Source: a virus
Taxonomy: Duplodnaviria; Caudoviricetes
Strand: one strand, 5' to 3'
DNA: 64,000 bases
IMG/VR virus record: IMGVR_UViG_2687453284_000002
Span: 1,700 to 65,699 of that record
The translations under genes and the position numbers were made by a program. The notes under the pieces were generated by a model, which ran no database searches, was not told the origin of the DNA, and worked only from the letters and a program-made list of their open reading frames with translations. This document shows, one piece after another, positions 54,242 to 63,605 of this stretch (the first letter of the stretch is position 1; each line of letters starts with the position of its first letter).

Positions 54242-55749
54242 CGACGCAAGCGGAGTTCGAAACCTGGCTGAAGTCGAGCCATGGGCGCCGGACGGTACTG
54301 GTGGAAGCGGTGGCGCGGGTTGGTGTCACCGAGACCACCTTCTACATGACCAACCGCGCCTACAATACGGGTGCGGCTGATGCGCCGGCCAACACCCACT
54401 ACAGGCCGATCATTACCGGCGGCGTGACCTTCAATGAGGCCCTCAATGTGCTGGGCTTCGATGGTCCGGGGAGTAGCGCCGGCGCTGCGCGGTTCGCGAC
54501 GGGCGCGTTCATCCTGCAGAACAGGGACGGCGCGTTGGATGGTTGGCTAGGCTACGTCTGGGCAAATCGGGTTATCCGGGTGTACATGGGGGACCCGACC
54601 TGGTCCCGCGCCGACTTTTATCCGATCTTCAACGGCATCATCGATGACATCAAGCCGTCCGGGAGGGAAGCGCTGTCGCTGACGGTGACGGACAAGCTGC
54701 AGCGCCTTAATTCCCCAATATCGGAGGTAAAGATCGGAGGCGCCGGCATCGATAAGGACACGCTGCTGCCCGTCTGCTTCGGGGAGTGTCACAACGCCGA
54801 GCCTGTGCTGACCGCCGCGGCCACGCATGACTACGCTTTCCATGTCGGCCAGGCAGAGGTGATTAACGAGGCGCGGGATAACGGCGTGCCAGTGAACTTC
54901 TCGTCTACCTTGTTGGGGACTGGGAAGGTGCGATTGCTCCAGTCGCCAACCAACGGCGGCACGATCACGCTTTCGGTGCAGGGGGACAAGTCCGGGGGCG
55001 TGTACACCGATCGCATTGGGCCGATCATCCAGCGCATAGTGACGGGCTTCGGCAAGGCAACGGAGCGCTTTCTCAATGCCGACCTTGATCTCGCAAACCT
55101 CACCGCGTTCAATGCGGCCAATCCTCAATGCGTCGGCCTGTACAGCCGAGATCGCGTGAACGTGCTGGAGGCATGCAACATCCTGGCCGCCAGTGTGGGC
55201 GCGCAAATCGCCATGTCGCGTGCTTCGCAATTGAGGATACACAAGGTGGAACTGCCGCCAAGCGGTGCGCCGCGCGACATCAAGCGATCCGACTATGAGC
55301 AGTTCAGCCTGAGCATCAAAGCACGCAGCTTGGTCCGCGGTGCCGTAAAGCTGGGGTACTGCCGGAACTGGGCAGTACAGAGCAATTTGCAAACGGGCAT
55401 TCCCGAAGCGCACAAGGAGTTGTACGGCAAGGAATACTTGACTGCTACTGCGACGGATGCCGGAACGATCGGCGACTGGAAGCTGGTGGGGGATCCGGAA
55501 GAGGAGGACACCCTGCTCAATATCGGCAGTGAGGCGCAGTCGGAGGCGAATCGCCGTCGCGATCTTTGGAAGGTGCCGCGCCACATCTACGAGGTCGTTT
55601 GCCTGCCGCACATGCTCACGCTTGAGCTCGGCCAGCCAGTGCGCCTGTTCGGCAATCGCTTTGGGATGGAGGCGGGGAAGGTGGGCATGGTGACGGCGCT
55701 CGATTCGAATTGGCTTGATGGGCGTGTTCGTGTGGAGGTACTGGCGTAA
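54238..55749 (+). CDS. Tail tip/baseplate hub protein
   Basis: Follows the tape measure gene; LP..FGECHN..P motif. Confidence 0.7.
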   Translation: MTTQAEFETWLKSSHGRRTVLVEAVARVGVTETTFYMTNRAYNTGAADAPANTHYRPIITGGVTFNEALNVLGFDGPGSSAGAARFATGAFILQNRDGALDGWLGYVWANRVIRVYMGDPTWSRADFYPIFNGIIDDIKPSGREALSLTVTDKLQRLNSPISEVKIGGAGIDKDTLLPVCFGECHNAEPVLTAAATHDYAFHVGQAEVINEARDNGVPVNFSSTLLGTGKVRLLQSPTNGGTITLSVQGDKSGGVYTDRIGPIIQRIVTGFGKATERFLNADLDLANLTAFNAANPQCVGLYSRDRVNVLEACNILAASVGAQIAMSRASQLRIHKVELPPSGAPRDIKRSDYEQFSLSIKARSLVRGAVKLGYCRNWAVQSNLQTGIPEAHKELYGKEYLTATATDAGTIGDWKLVGDPEEEDTLLNIGSEAQSEANRRRDLWKVPRHIYEVVCLPHMLTLELGQPVRLFGNRFGMEAGKVGMVTALDSNWLDGRVRVEVLA

Positions 55750-57098
55750 TGGCAGCAATCCGCAATGACCGCGATATTTCTATCCAGGGGGCGGCAACGC
55801 GAGTGAATCAAATCACGATTCCAGGCAACGTCACTGTGCCACCATCCAATCTCGGGCCGGGCCAAATCCCCGTTGGCGTGACTGTGCAGAGCGGCAGCGT
55901 TCAGGGCCTTGGCCAGCTTGCGCTGCAGAACACGGTGAACGGCTCCACCCAAGTCACCAACCTTGGTCTGCTCGCGTTTGCCAATACGCTTTACGCAAAC
56001 CAGCTTGGCTCTGGGACGTTTCCGGTCGGGGTTATTTACGCGGGCACGGTGCTTCTGTCGCAACTGGGATCGGGGCAGTTACCTGTGGGTGTCGTCTATG
56101 CGGGCACCCTGAACGCCAACCAGATCAACGGTGGCGATTTCACTGGTAAGACATTCACGGGCGGGAGCTTCGTCGGTGCTTTCTTCACCGGATCGACCGA
56201 TATTTCGATTCCGGGTTCTGTGGCCCTGCGCACGAACTATGCGAAGTTCGAAGTGAGCGCGGTATTCGATAAAGGTCTCTATGTTGGAGACCCAGTCAAC
56301 CAAGACAACTCGGCGGCTGGGCGTGAGGGCCTCCGGTGCCAGGTCGGCTACAACGTGGAGTTGCTCGGCAGCTACATGACTCTCAATTCCCGCGATGCGG
56401 CAAACCGCGCCACTTTTTGGGCGGAGGCGTCTGGCAGCAACGGGAACAATCACGCCATCCGAGGCATTCGCCGAAACGTAAAAAACGGAACCATTCAATC
56501 GTCCGGCATTGTGGGACAAAACGGGGGCTTCGCTTTCTACGCTGAGACCTTCCAAGGCTCCACCGGCTATGGGCCATTCACGGCTGGACATGAGGCCTTG
56601 ATCCCGAAGGAAACCGCCGCGGATGTTGGGATGGTTCTTGATGATGACGAGCTTATCGCAGCGCGCGATCTCGGCAACACACTGCTGACGACCAAGCCGA
56701 GCAGCTCGGCTCGAAGCCCGCGCAGTGCGGGCGTGCTCGTCAGTAGGCGGCCGCTGCGGGATGGCGTGCCGGCGGCGCTGATCAAGGAGTACCGGGAAGA
56801 AGGGGAGGGAGAGGATAAAACAATAACGCCTGTTCTTGTCGATGAGTGGGATGACCTATGTGAGCGCTATGACCTAGTGGTGATGAACGCGCTCGGTGAC
56901 GGCCAGGTGCTCGCATGCGGTCGAAATGGCGACATCGAGGCAGGCGATTGGCTGTGCTCGAGCGACATGCCAGGCATCGCACAGCGTCAGGGAGACGACG
57001 TTTTCAGGAATTACACGCTTGCGAAGTCGCGGGTTGGCGTGACCTTCGACTATCCGGACCAGGTGAAGCTGGTTCCGCTTTTCTACAAATGCGGCTAG
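55749..57098 (+). CDS. Tail fibre/spike with C-terminal chaperone-like domain
   Basis: LG.G..PVGV.YAGT repeats; GPFTAGH; NALGDGQV..CG.NGDIEAGD.L.SS..PG.A..Q.DD. Confidence 0.75.
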   Translation: MAAIRNDRDISIQGAATRVNQITIPGNVTVPPSNLGPGQIPVGVTVQSGSVQGLGQLALQNTVNGSTQVTNLGLLAFANTLYANQLGSGTFPVGVIYAGTVLLSQLGSGQLPVGVVYAGTLNANQINGGDFTGKTFTGGSFVGAFFTGSTDISIPGSVALRTNYAKFEVSAVFDKGLYVGDPVNQDNSAAGREGLRCQVGYNVELLGSYMTLNSRDAANRATFWAEASGSNGNNHAIRGIRRNVKNGTIQSSGIVGQNGGFAFYAETFQGSTGYGPFTAGHEALIPKETAADVGMVLDDDELIAARDLGNTLLTTKPSSSARSPRSAGVLVSRRPLRDGVPAALIKEYREEGEGEDKTITPVLVDEWDDLCERYDLVVMNALGDGQVLACGRNGDIEAGDWLCSSDMPGIAQRQGDDVFRNYTLAKSRVGVTFDYPDQVKLVPLFYKCG

Positions 57099-57107
57099 GA
57101 GGCCCAC

Positions 57108-57356
57108 ATGCCACGTATCAGCATTCCGATGCAGTTCACCGTTCAGCTTGACAATCCGGTCCAGCCGGCAGCCTACGGCTCCGCAGCGATCATGACTGTG
57201 GCGAGCGTCATGGTTGACCAGAACGGGAAGGCGGTCAGCCAGCCTGCCCCTTCCCAGTTCCCCGCGGAGCCCGAGGACATTACGCCTGAGTTGCTGGCTG
57301 CGCTAAATGCGAAGCTGGCCGTGCTTGGCCTGAAGCTGGAGCGCCTGGATGCCTAA
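57108..57356 (+). CDS. Small tail-associated hypothetical protein
   Basis: AGGAGG SD; overlaps the next gene. Confidence 0.7.
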   Translation: MPRISIPMQFTVQLDNPVQPAAYGSAAIMTVASVMVDQNGKAVSQPAPSQFPAEPEDITPELLAALNAKLAVLGLKLERLDA

Positions 57357-58182
57357 CCTGCGCGTCATCCACGACAACGCGGTGGATCGAGGCACGGTAA
57401 CGGCGAGCAGTACGGCAGCCGGCTATCCGGCATCAAACCTGTTGACGGATCGCAAGGTGGAAGTCCATCGGAGCACCGGAACGAGCGTCACCTACAAGGT
57501 GACTTGGCCGAGCCTGGAGACCGTTGGGATGATGGCCCTGCCATCTTCCAACGCCAGTGAGACAGCCACGGTCCGCATGCGCGCGTGGGATGCGGAGGTC
57601 GGTGGATCGCTACTGGCCGATACCGGGACGATCTATGCGGCGCCGGGCGCCGATCTGGGGATGTGGGATTGGGAGATGCCGCTCAATTCCAACGCCGCGC
57701 TGTATGGAGGCGACGTGAAGGCGACAGCTTATTTCGCCGACCATGTAGCTGCGCGCCGCGTGGAGATCGAGGTGATCGATCTCGACAATCCGGCCGGCTA
57801 CATCGATCAGGCGCGGCTGGTGGTCGGCCAGTACTGGGAGCCGGAGCACAACGCGGAGCTGGGCAGCGCGCGCGTCAGCGTTATCGACACCAGCAAGGTG
57901 AGTCGCGCCGATTCGGGTGATCCTGTGGTGGACCGCGGCACGCTACATAGTGCGCTCGCGTTCGATATGACGTGGCTTGATCCTGAGGACCGTGCACGCC
58001 TCGCGCACATCCTGCGCGGCTGCGGGCTGTATCGCCCGCTCTTCATCAGCATCTATCCGGAGAGCGAAGATGTGCTGACCGAGCAGGATTGCATGATCTA
58101 TGGCCGCATCAAGGCAATGCCGGCGCTCACGCATGCCCGGCTCGGCTTGTTCGCGTCGCAACTGGAAATTGAGGGCTGGTAA
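57349..58182 (+). CDS. Distal-tail-like/tail tip protein
   Basis: MPNLRVIHDNA.D, NPAGYI...RLVVG.YW.P..NA. Confidence 0.7.
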   Translation: MPNLRVIHDNAVDRGTVTASSTAAGYPASNLLTDRKVEVHRSTGTSVTYKVTWPSLETVGMMALPSSNASETATVRMRAWDAEVGGSLLADTGTIYAAPGADLGMWDWEMPLNSNAALYGGDVKATAYFADHVAARRVEIEVIDLDNPAGYIDQARLVVGQYWEPEHNAELGSARVSVIDTSKVSRADSGDPVVDRGTLHSALAFDMTWLDPEDRARLAHILRGCGLYRPLFISIYPESEDVLTEQDCMIYGRIKAMPALTHARLGLFASQLEIEGW

Positions 58183-60557
58183 TGGCTACGGAGTTCTATA
58201 CCAAGCAGAAAGGCCCGGACGCGGTCAAGAAGCTGAATCAGCTCTGGGATCGCGTGACGGAGCAAATTGCCGGCACCAGTGGCACGGTCCTGACAATTGG
58301 CGCCGGCGCCAAGGTACTGCTTACGCAGGCCAGCAAGCAGTTTGCCGTCGGCATGCCGGTGCGTATCACACGCACGAGCGACGTCACGCAGTGGATGGAT
58401 GGTCAGGTGTCGGCCTACGACGCCGAGACTGGCGATATGTCGGTCCTGGTTGCTGCCACCTCCGGCGCAGGGACGTTCTCCAACTGGACGATCAGCCTGT
58501 CCGGCCAGAGTGGGCCGGCCGGAGCCGTCGGCGATAAGGGTTGGAGCCCGGTGATCGCGGTGATCGTCGACGGCGCACGCCGCGTCATGCGCGTGATTGA
58601 CTGGGCCGGTGGGCAGGGCGTCAAGCCGTCATCCGGGGCCTACGTCGGCGCCGCGGGCCTGGTGGCCCATATCGCGCAGGCTGTGGATATTCGGGGCCCG
58701 CAGGGCGACGTCACGGCTGCCCTAGAGGCGTTGCGCGAACAGGTGGAGCTCGATGCGCAGGCCGCAGCGGATGCCGCACTGGCTGCTGGCCAATCCGCCC
58801 AACTGGCTGGTCAGCGTGCACAGGCCGCCGATGAGGCAGCCGGTGCAGCGGCCGCCAGTGCCTCGTCTGCTGGCGACAAAGCGGATGAGGCGGCCGCCAG
58901 CGCGGAAACGGCCGCGGCGAGGCGCGACGAAGCGGTCCAGGCAGCCACGGATGCCGGGCAGGCGAGGGCAGATGCTGATACCGCGCGCGACCAGGCAGTT
59001 GCGGCAAAGGGTGATGCGGTTGCGGCAAAGGGCCAAGCCGAGGCGGCGCGGGACGCCGCGCAGAACTACGCGGCGGCACTGGCGGGATCCTCGGTGACGC
59101 CGCTGGTTCCAGGTGCCGGCCCTGCGGTGTTCGCCACCCAGGCGGGCAAGGCTTGGACTCTTGGCCAGCGCCTGCGCGCGGCGAGCGACGACGGGTCCGT
59201 GTTCGTCGAAGGGCCGGTCTCCGCCTACGCCGGCACGAGCCTGACTCTGGCGGTGGAGTACTTCGTGGGCGCAGTCGAGCATGCCGACTGGAACATCGCT
59301 CTGGTCGGGGGGCGCGGTGCACAGGGTGTCCCAGGCCTGGTCTCGCGTGGCCCATGGGCGGCGGCGGCGGCCTACGCCGTCGGGGATCTCGCCACAGACG
59401 ACGGTGCCACCTGGGAGCGCATCGTGGCAGGTACCACGCCAACGAACCCGGCCGCGGATCCCGTCAACTGGCGGGTATTCGCTCGGCGCGGGATCGACGG
59501 CTCCGGGTCAGTGGTGTCGGTTCAAGGCATTGCGCCGGACGGCGGTGGCGACGTCACGCTGCCCGAGGCGACTGCCGCTGCAGCTGGCCTGATGCCCGCG
59601 GCGGACAAAGGCAAGCTCGATGGCGTGGCCGCGGGGGCGACGGCCAACGCGGCGGATTCGCACCTACTGGATCGAGCAAATCACACCGGAGAGGAGCCGA
59701 TCAGCGCGGTGAGTGGATTGCAGGCCGCGCTGGACGGCAAGATCCCGCTCGCGGAGAAGGGTGCAGTCGGTGGCGTTGCAACGCTTGATGGCGGCGGCAA
59801 GGTGCCTGCGGCGCAGCTGCCAAGCTTCGTGGATGATGTCCTCGAGTACGCCAGTCAAGCCGCATTTCCGGCCGTCGGTGAGAGCGGAAGAATCTATGTT
59901 GCGCTGGACACGAACAAGACCTATCGCTGGTCTGGATCCGCCTACGTCGAGATCAGTGCGAGTCCGGGCAGCACAGATGCGGTCCCCGAAGGGGCGATGA
60001 ACCAGTACTTCACAGCCGCACGCGTGCGCGCCGCTGTGTTGACCGGACTGTCGACGGCGGTCAACGCTGCAATAGCGGCGACCGACACAATGCTGGCGGC
60101 GCTGGGAAAACTGCAGCGGCAGATCACCGACAACGCGGCGGCTGCCGCGAACGCGAGCAACCTGACCAGCGGCTCGCTGGATGATGCGCGACTGCCGTCG
60201 GTGATGACCGGGAAGCAGCTGACGAGCATGAGTGAGACGTCGACCTCGCCGGCTATCAGCGGCGGGACGCTGGTGCTTGACTGCAGCGCTGGCAACCAGT
60301 TCACGGTCTCGCTGAACGCCAACATCACCACGCTGACAATCGCGAATCCGCCGGCGGCTGGTAAGAGTTACGCCATGGACCTGGAATTCGTTGCAGATGG
60401 CACTGCGCGCACGATTGCGTGGCCAGGTACCGTGAAGTGGCCGGGGGGCACGTCCCCTTCACTCACTGCAGCCAACGGCAAGGCAGATGTGTTCGTGCTG
60501 CGCACACGTGATGGTGGCGCAACCTGGCGCGCCTTCAAGGCAGGGCAGAACTCATGA
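58182..60557 (+). CDS. Tail fibre protein
   Basis: Ala-rich stalk, collagen-like G-x-y, GLMPAADK.KLDG, GVATLD..GKVP..QLPS.VDDVLE modules. Confidence 0.88.
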   Translation: MATEFYTKQKGPDAVKKLNQLWDRVTEQIAGTSGTVLTIGAGAKVLLTQASKQFAVGMPVRITRTSDVTQWMDGQVSAYDAETGDMSVLVAATSGAGTFSNWTISLSGQSGPAGAVGDKGWSPVIAVIVDGARRVMRVIDWAGGQGVKPSSGAYVGAAGLVAHIAQAVDIRGPQGDVTAALEALREQVELDAQAAADAALAAGQSAQLAGQRAQAADEAAGAAAASASSAGDKADEAAASAETAAARRDEAVQAATDAGQARADADTARDQAVAAKGDAVAAKGQAEAARDAAQNYAAALAGSSVTPLVPGAGPAVFATQAGKAWTLGQRLRAASDDGSVFVEGPVSAYAGTSLTLAVEYFVGAVEHADWNIALVGGRGAQGVPGLVSRGPWAAAAAYAVGDLATDDGATWERIVAGTTPTNPAADPVNWRVFARRGIDGSGSVVSVQGIAPDGGGDVTLPEATAAAAGLMPAADKGKLDGVAAGATANAADSHLLDRANHTGEEPISAVSGLQAALDGKIPLAEKGAVGGVATLDGGGKVPAAQLPSFVDDVLEYASQAAFPAVGESGRIYVALDTNKTYRWSGSAYVEISASPGSTDAVPEGAMNQYFTAARVRAAVLTGLSTAVNAAIAATDTMLAALGKLQRQITDNAAAAANASNLTSGSLDDARLPSVMTGKQLTSMSETSTSPAISGGTLVLDCSAGNQFTVSLNANITTLTIANPPAAGKSYAMDLEFVADGTARTIAWPGTVKWPGGTSPSLTAANGKADVFVLRTRDGGATWRAFKAGQNS

Positions 60558-61318
60558 GTACGAAGATGCTGATGATGTGTGGCGCGCAAGAAGCTGCGCC
60601 AAGCCAGGTGGTCTTCGAATCCACCACAACGGGCGGCTTTGATGGTTATAGCTGGACCGTCCCGGATGGTGTCACGCATGTTTGCGTTGCAGCTGTGTCG
60701 CCTGGGGGTAATGGGGGTGATTGGGGCGGCTCGACTGCGACAGGAGGCAAAGGTGGCGATTTTGGCTGGGCAAACGAAATCCCTGTTACTCCAGGCACAA
60801 AGATCATTGTCCAATTTTCATCCAGTGGGGCGCAGATCTACAGTCGCGTCTCGCTGCCGAACGGTGCTGGCGATCTCTACGTGTATGCGGGGCGGGCGAG
60901 CGTTAAATCGGGAGCGTTCAGTTCGGCCACGGTCTACAGCGGCGGCAGCAGTGCCTCGTACTCGTTCGGTGGTGGAGGCGGAGGCGCAGGTGGCTACACA
61001 GGTGCAGGCGGCGACGGACAGGGTAGCGGCAGCGGTACGGCGGGCGGGGGCGGCGCCGGAGGCGGAGGCGGGGGCGGGGATGGGGGAGGTGGCGTCGCCT
61101 TGAGAGGCCAAGGGCCGAACGGCACCTATTCAAGTGGTTTGCCCGGTGGAGGCGGGTCCGGCGGATCCGCTGGCATCGGCAAGAACGGCGGCAACTACGG
61201 TGGGGGCGGCGCTGGAGGTCGCAGCGGCAGCACGGATGGCGGTGTCGGTGGCAAGGGCGCTGTGCGCATCCTGTGGGGAGGTGGGCGCTCCTATCCAAAT
61301 AACGCTGCGGACCTTTGA
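60554..61318 (+). CDS. Glycine-rich tail fibre adhesin-like protein
   Basis: SWTVP.GVT.V, poly-Gly tracts, GAVRILWG.GRSYP. Confidence 0.78.
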   Translation: MSTKMLMMCGAQEAAPSQVVFESTTTGGFDGYSWTVPDGVTHVCVAAVSPGGNGGDWGGSTATGGKGGDFGWANEIPVTPGTKIIVQFSSSGAQIYSRVSLPNGAGDLYVYAGRASVKSGAFSSATVYSGGSSASYSFGGGGGGAGGYTGAGGDGQGSGSGTAGGGGAGGGGGGGDGGGGVALRGQGPNGTYSSGLPGGGGSGGSAGIGKNGGNYGGGGAGGRSGSTDGGVGGKGAVRILWGGGRSYPNNAADL

Positions 61319-61327
61319 GGACACGAC

Positions 61328-61951
61328 ATGCACTATGTGAAGATTGAAAACGGCCAACCGGCCGGCCCAATCATTAATCAGCACCAACTTCGACAACAGC
61401 TGCCGGCGGGAATCTCGTTTCCAGTGGTGATTCCGGGCGAGCTGGCGGCCGAGTATGGTTTTGCTCCGGCGATGGATATGGCAAAGCCCACCGTCGGACT
61501 GCTCGAGTCCGTCCAGGATGCCGGCTTCAAGCTGGTTGACAGTACCTATTACCAGACTTGGTCGATCGCCATGGTTGGCTCACTGGAGGCGGCGCAGGCC
61601 ATCGCCATCGAGGCGATCGAAGCGCTGGCCAAGAGCAAGCGCGATGCAGTGGTTTCCAACTACAGCCCGGCAGAGATGGCATCTTGGGGCATCAAGCGTT
61701 GGGAGGCGGTCACGTATCAGGATACACAAGACCCAAGCCGATCGCCGAATCTGGCGATGGAGGCGCAGGTGCGAGACATACCCTTGGTCGAGCTGGTGGC
61801 GAAGGTGTTGTCCAAAGCGGCGGCCTTGTCCAAACTTGAAGCCCGCATTGCGGGCACGTGTGGGCGAAAGCAGGACGCGGTGCGCGGTTGCACAAGCGTC
61901 GCGGAAGTCAAGGCACTTTGCGACGAGATTGAGGTGGGCTGGCCGGTGTGA
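61328..61951 (+). CDS. Tail fibre assembly-like protein
   Basis: Follows the fibre genes; AEMASW..K..EA, C-terminal GWP. Confidence 0.72.
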   Translation: MHYVKIENGQPAGPIINQHQLRQQLPAGISFPVVIPGELAAEYGFAPAMDMAKPTVGLLESVQDAGFKLVDSTYYQTWSIAMVGSLEAAQAIAIEAIEALAKSKRDAVVSNYSPAEMASWGIKRWEAVTYQDTQDPSRSPNLAMEAQVRDIPLVELVAKVLSKAAALSKLEARIAGTCGRKQDAVRGCTSVAEVKALCDEIEVGWPV

Positions 61952-62135
61952 GCTGGCGCTCGCAGCCGTTCTCCTCACAACTGTGGTCCCACAACATCCG
62001 GTGCACTGCGGAAAGCGCGGCCTGTTGTGTCGGGTATGGGGTATTAAATACCAGGGTGTAACCTCGGATGGGCCATTCGACGATCCAACCATTCGGCGTC
62101 CTTATCGCCTTCGCGTTTCGGAAGCTCTTTCTCAC
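61908..62135 (-). CDS. Small hypothetical protein (antisense moron)
   Basis: GTG start with GGAG SD; GWIVEW......YPTQQAA beta-beta-alpha pattern. Confidence 0.45.
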   Translation of the reverse strand: MRKSFRNAKAIRTPNGWIVEWPIRGYTLVFNTPYPTQQAALSAVHRMLWDHSCEENGCERQLTPASPPQSRRKVP

Positions 62136-62289
62136 GTCCGTGTTGCTCCAATTCCTGCTGCCGTGTCTGCATGGGAGCAGTTTCGGCGCGAGGTATTACG
62201 GCACGCCATAGGTAACTGCTGGAATTGTCACCAAGGAATTGGAGAGGTAATCTCGCGAGCTGGTGTTGACGCCGACCACGACTAGCCTA

Positions 62290-62358
62290 CAAAGAGCCAG
62301 GCAGCCGGGGGGAAGGAAGCCTGGCATTCGGGCAAAGCTCGAGGAGAGGACCCCGAAC
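62290..62358 (-). ncRNA. Candidate double-hairpin sRNA with CU-rich loops
   Basis: UUCGGG-(UCCUCUCCUC..)-CCCGAA then GCCAGGC-(UUCCUUCCCCCC..)-GCCUGGC-UCUUU; -10 TACAGT and CRP box upstream. Confidence 0.6.
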
Positions 62359-62364
62359 GCACTG

Positions 62365-62406
62365 ACTGTAGTCCGACAGCCATAAGTTTCTGTGATGCAG
62401 ATCACA
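62365..62406 (-). promoter_or_regulatory. CRP-type promoter of the sRNA
   Basis: Perfect TGTGA-tgcaga-TCACA centred at about -40.5 relative to -10 TACAGT. Confidence 0.6.
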
Positions 62407-62453
62407 AGCCGCTTCGTGCGGCTTTTTTTGTGCCCGCCGCGTGCGGGCTTTTT
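62406..62453 (+). terminator. Tandem intrinsic terminators before the lysis cassette
   Basis: AAGCCGC-ttcgt-GCGGCTTTTTTT and GCCCGC-cgcgt-GCGGGCTTTTT. Confidence 0.8.
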
Positions 62454-62470
62454 CATTTGACGGGGAATAC

Positions 62471-62746
62471 ATGCCGGATAACGCAAACCATGTCAGCCGG
62501 GAAGAGTTCGAGCAGCTGGTCGGTGAGGTGAAGGCCCTTAAGGAAAGCGTGGCGGAGAACACCGAGTGCACGCGCCGGACGGAAGCCAACACACAGGGAC
62601 TGGTCGAGCTGTTCGATGCCCTCTCTGGTGGATTCAAGGTCATCGCTTGGCTTGGGCGGGCTGCGAAGCCAATCGGCTACATCGCGGGCGCGCTGGCGGC
62701 GGTCATTGGCTTGTGGACGGCCATCAAGGGAGGCGGAATCAAATGA
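62471..62746 (+). CDS. Holin-like membrane protein
   Basis: N-terminal coiled coil plus C-terminal TM helix; ATGA-coupled to the endolysin. Confidence 0.65.
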   Translation: MPDNANHVSREEFEQLVGEVKALKESVAENTECTRRTEANTQGLVELFDALSGGFKVIAWLGRAAKPIGYIAGALAAVIGLWTAIKGGGIK

Positions 62747-63234
62747 GCAAGGCCAAATTGATCGCGCTGGTCGGCGCGCCAACGGCGGCTTGGCTGCTCG
62801 CCATCACGCCGCAGCTTGAGGGCAAGGTGCTGCGCGGGTACAGGGACCCGATCGGCATTGTCACCGCTTGCTCGGGACACACGAAGACCGCCGTGCTTGG
62901 CAGGCCATACACGGAGGCCGAATGCGAAAAGCTGCTGGTCGATGATCTGATCGAGCATGCAGAGCCGGTGCTCGCTTGCACGCCGGGACTGAAGGGAAGG
63001 CCATGGCAACTGGGGGCGGCCGTAAGCTTCGCGATCAACGTGGGCGCCGGTGCCTACTGCGGCAGCGCGACGGCGGCGCGGTTCAACGCCGGGAACTTCC
63101 GCGGGGCCTGCAGGGCGATGAACGAGAGTGACAGCGGACGGCCTCAATGGGTGACTGCAGGCGGTAAGGTTCTGCCCGGCTTGGTCAAACGTCGTGCGAT
63201 TGAGCGCAGTGTTTGTGAAAGGGGGCTGCCATGA
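62743..63234 (+). CDS. Endolysin (GH24 lysozyme, possibly SAR-type)
   Basis: LEG.....Y.D..G..T.C.GHT catalytic E-D-T pattern; GGKVLPGLVKRR..E...C. Confidence 0.93.
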   Translation: MSKAKLIALVGAPTAAWLLAITPQLEGKVLRGYRDPIGIVTACSGHTKTAVLGRPYTEAECEKLLVDDLIEHAEPVLACTPGLKGRPWQLGAAVSFAINVGAGAYCGSATAARFNAGNFRGACRAMNESDSGRPQWVTAGGKVLPGLVKRRAIERSVCERGLP

Positions 63235-63605
63235 CGCCGATGGCCATCCTATGGCGCGGGGCCGGCGCCCTGGTGCTGGCCGCTGGCCTGTTTGCCGCCG
63301 GCTGGACCGTCAACGGCTGGCGCAAGGGCGCCGAGATTGCGGAGCTCACCGCGGCGCGGGCCCAGGCCGACCTTGCCGACGCCAACACCGCGCTCAGCGA
63401 TCTCAAGGAGGCGGGAGTCAGGATCCGCCAGAGCGCTGACGACTACCTGGTTATCAAATCGGATCTCGGCGCCAAGATGGACGCCATCCGGAAGGATCTG
63501 AAAAATGCGAAGCCTCTGCCTGTGGATTGCCGCCCTGATGATGTCCGCGTGCGCAACCTCTCCAGCGCTGTCGACGCAGCCAAGCAAGCCGCCGCCGCTC
63601 GATAG
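63231..63605 (+). CDS. i-spanin (Rz-like)
   Basis: N-terminal TM helix, coiled coil, LP.DC. Confidence 0.82.
   Translation: MTPMAILWRGAGALVLAAGLFAAGWTVNGWRKGAEIAELTAARAQADLADANTALSDLKEAGVRIRQSADDYLVIKSDLGAKMDAIRKDLKNAKPLPVDCRPDDVRVRNLSSAVDAAKQAAAAR

Noticed and set aside
60960-61260. G-rich tracts as a G-quadruplex or repeat element
   Set aside because: Explained by polyglycine coding
62366-62379. LexA box CTGT...ACAG
   Set aside because: The spacer is 6 nt, not the required 8
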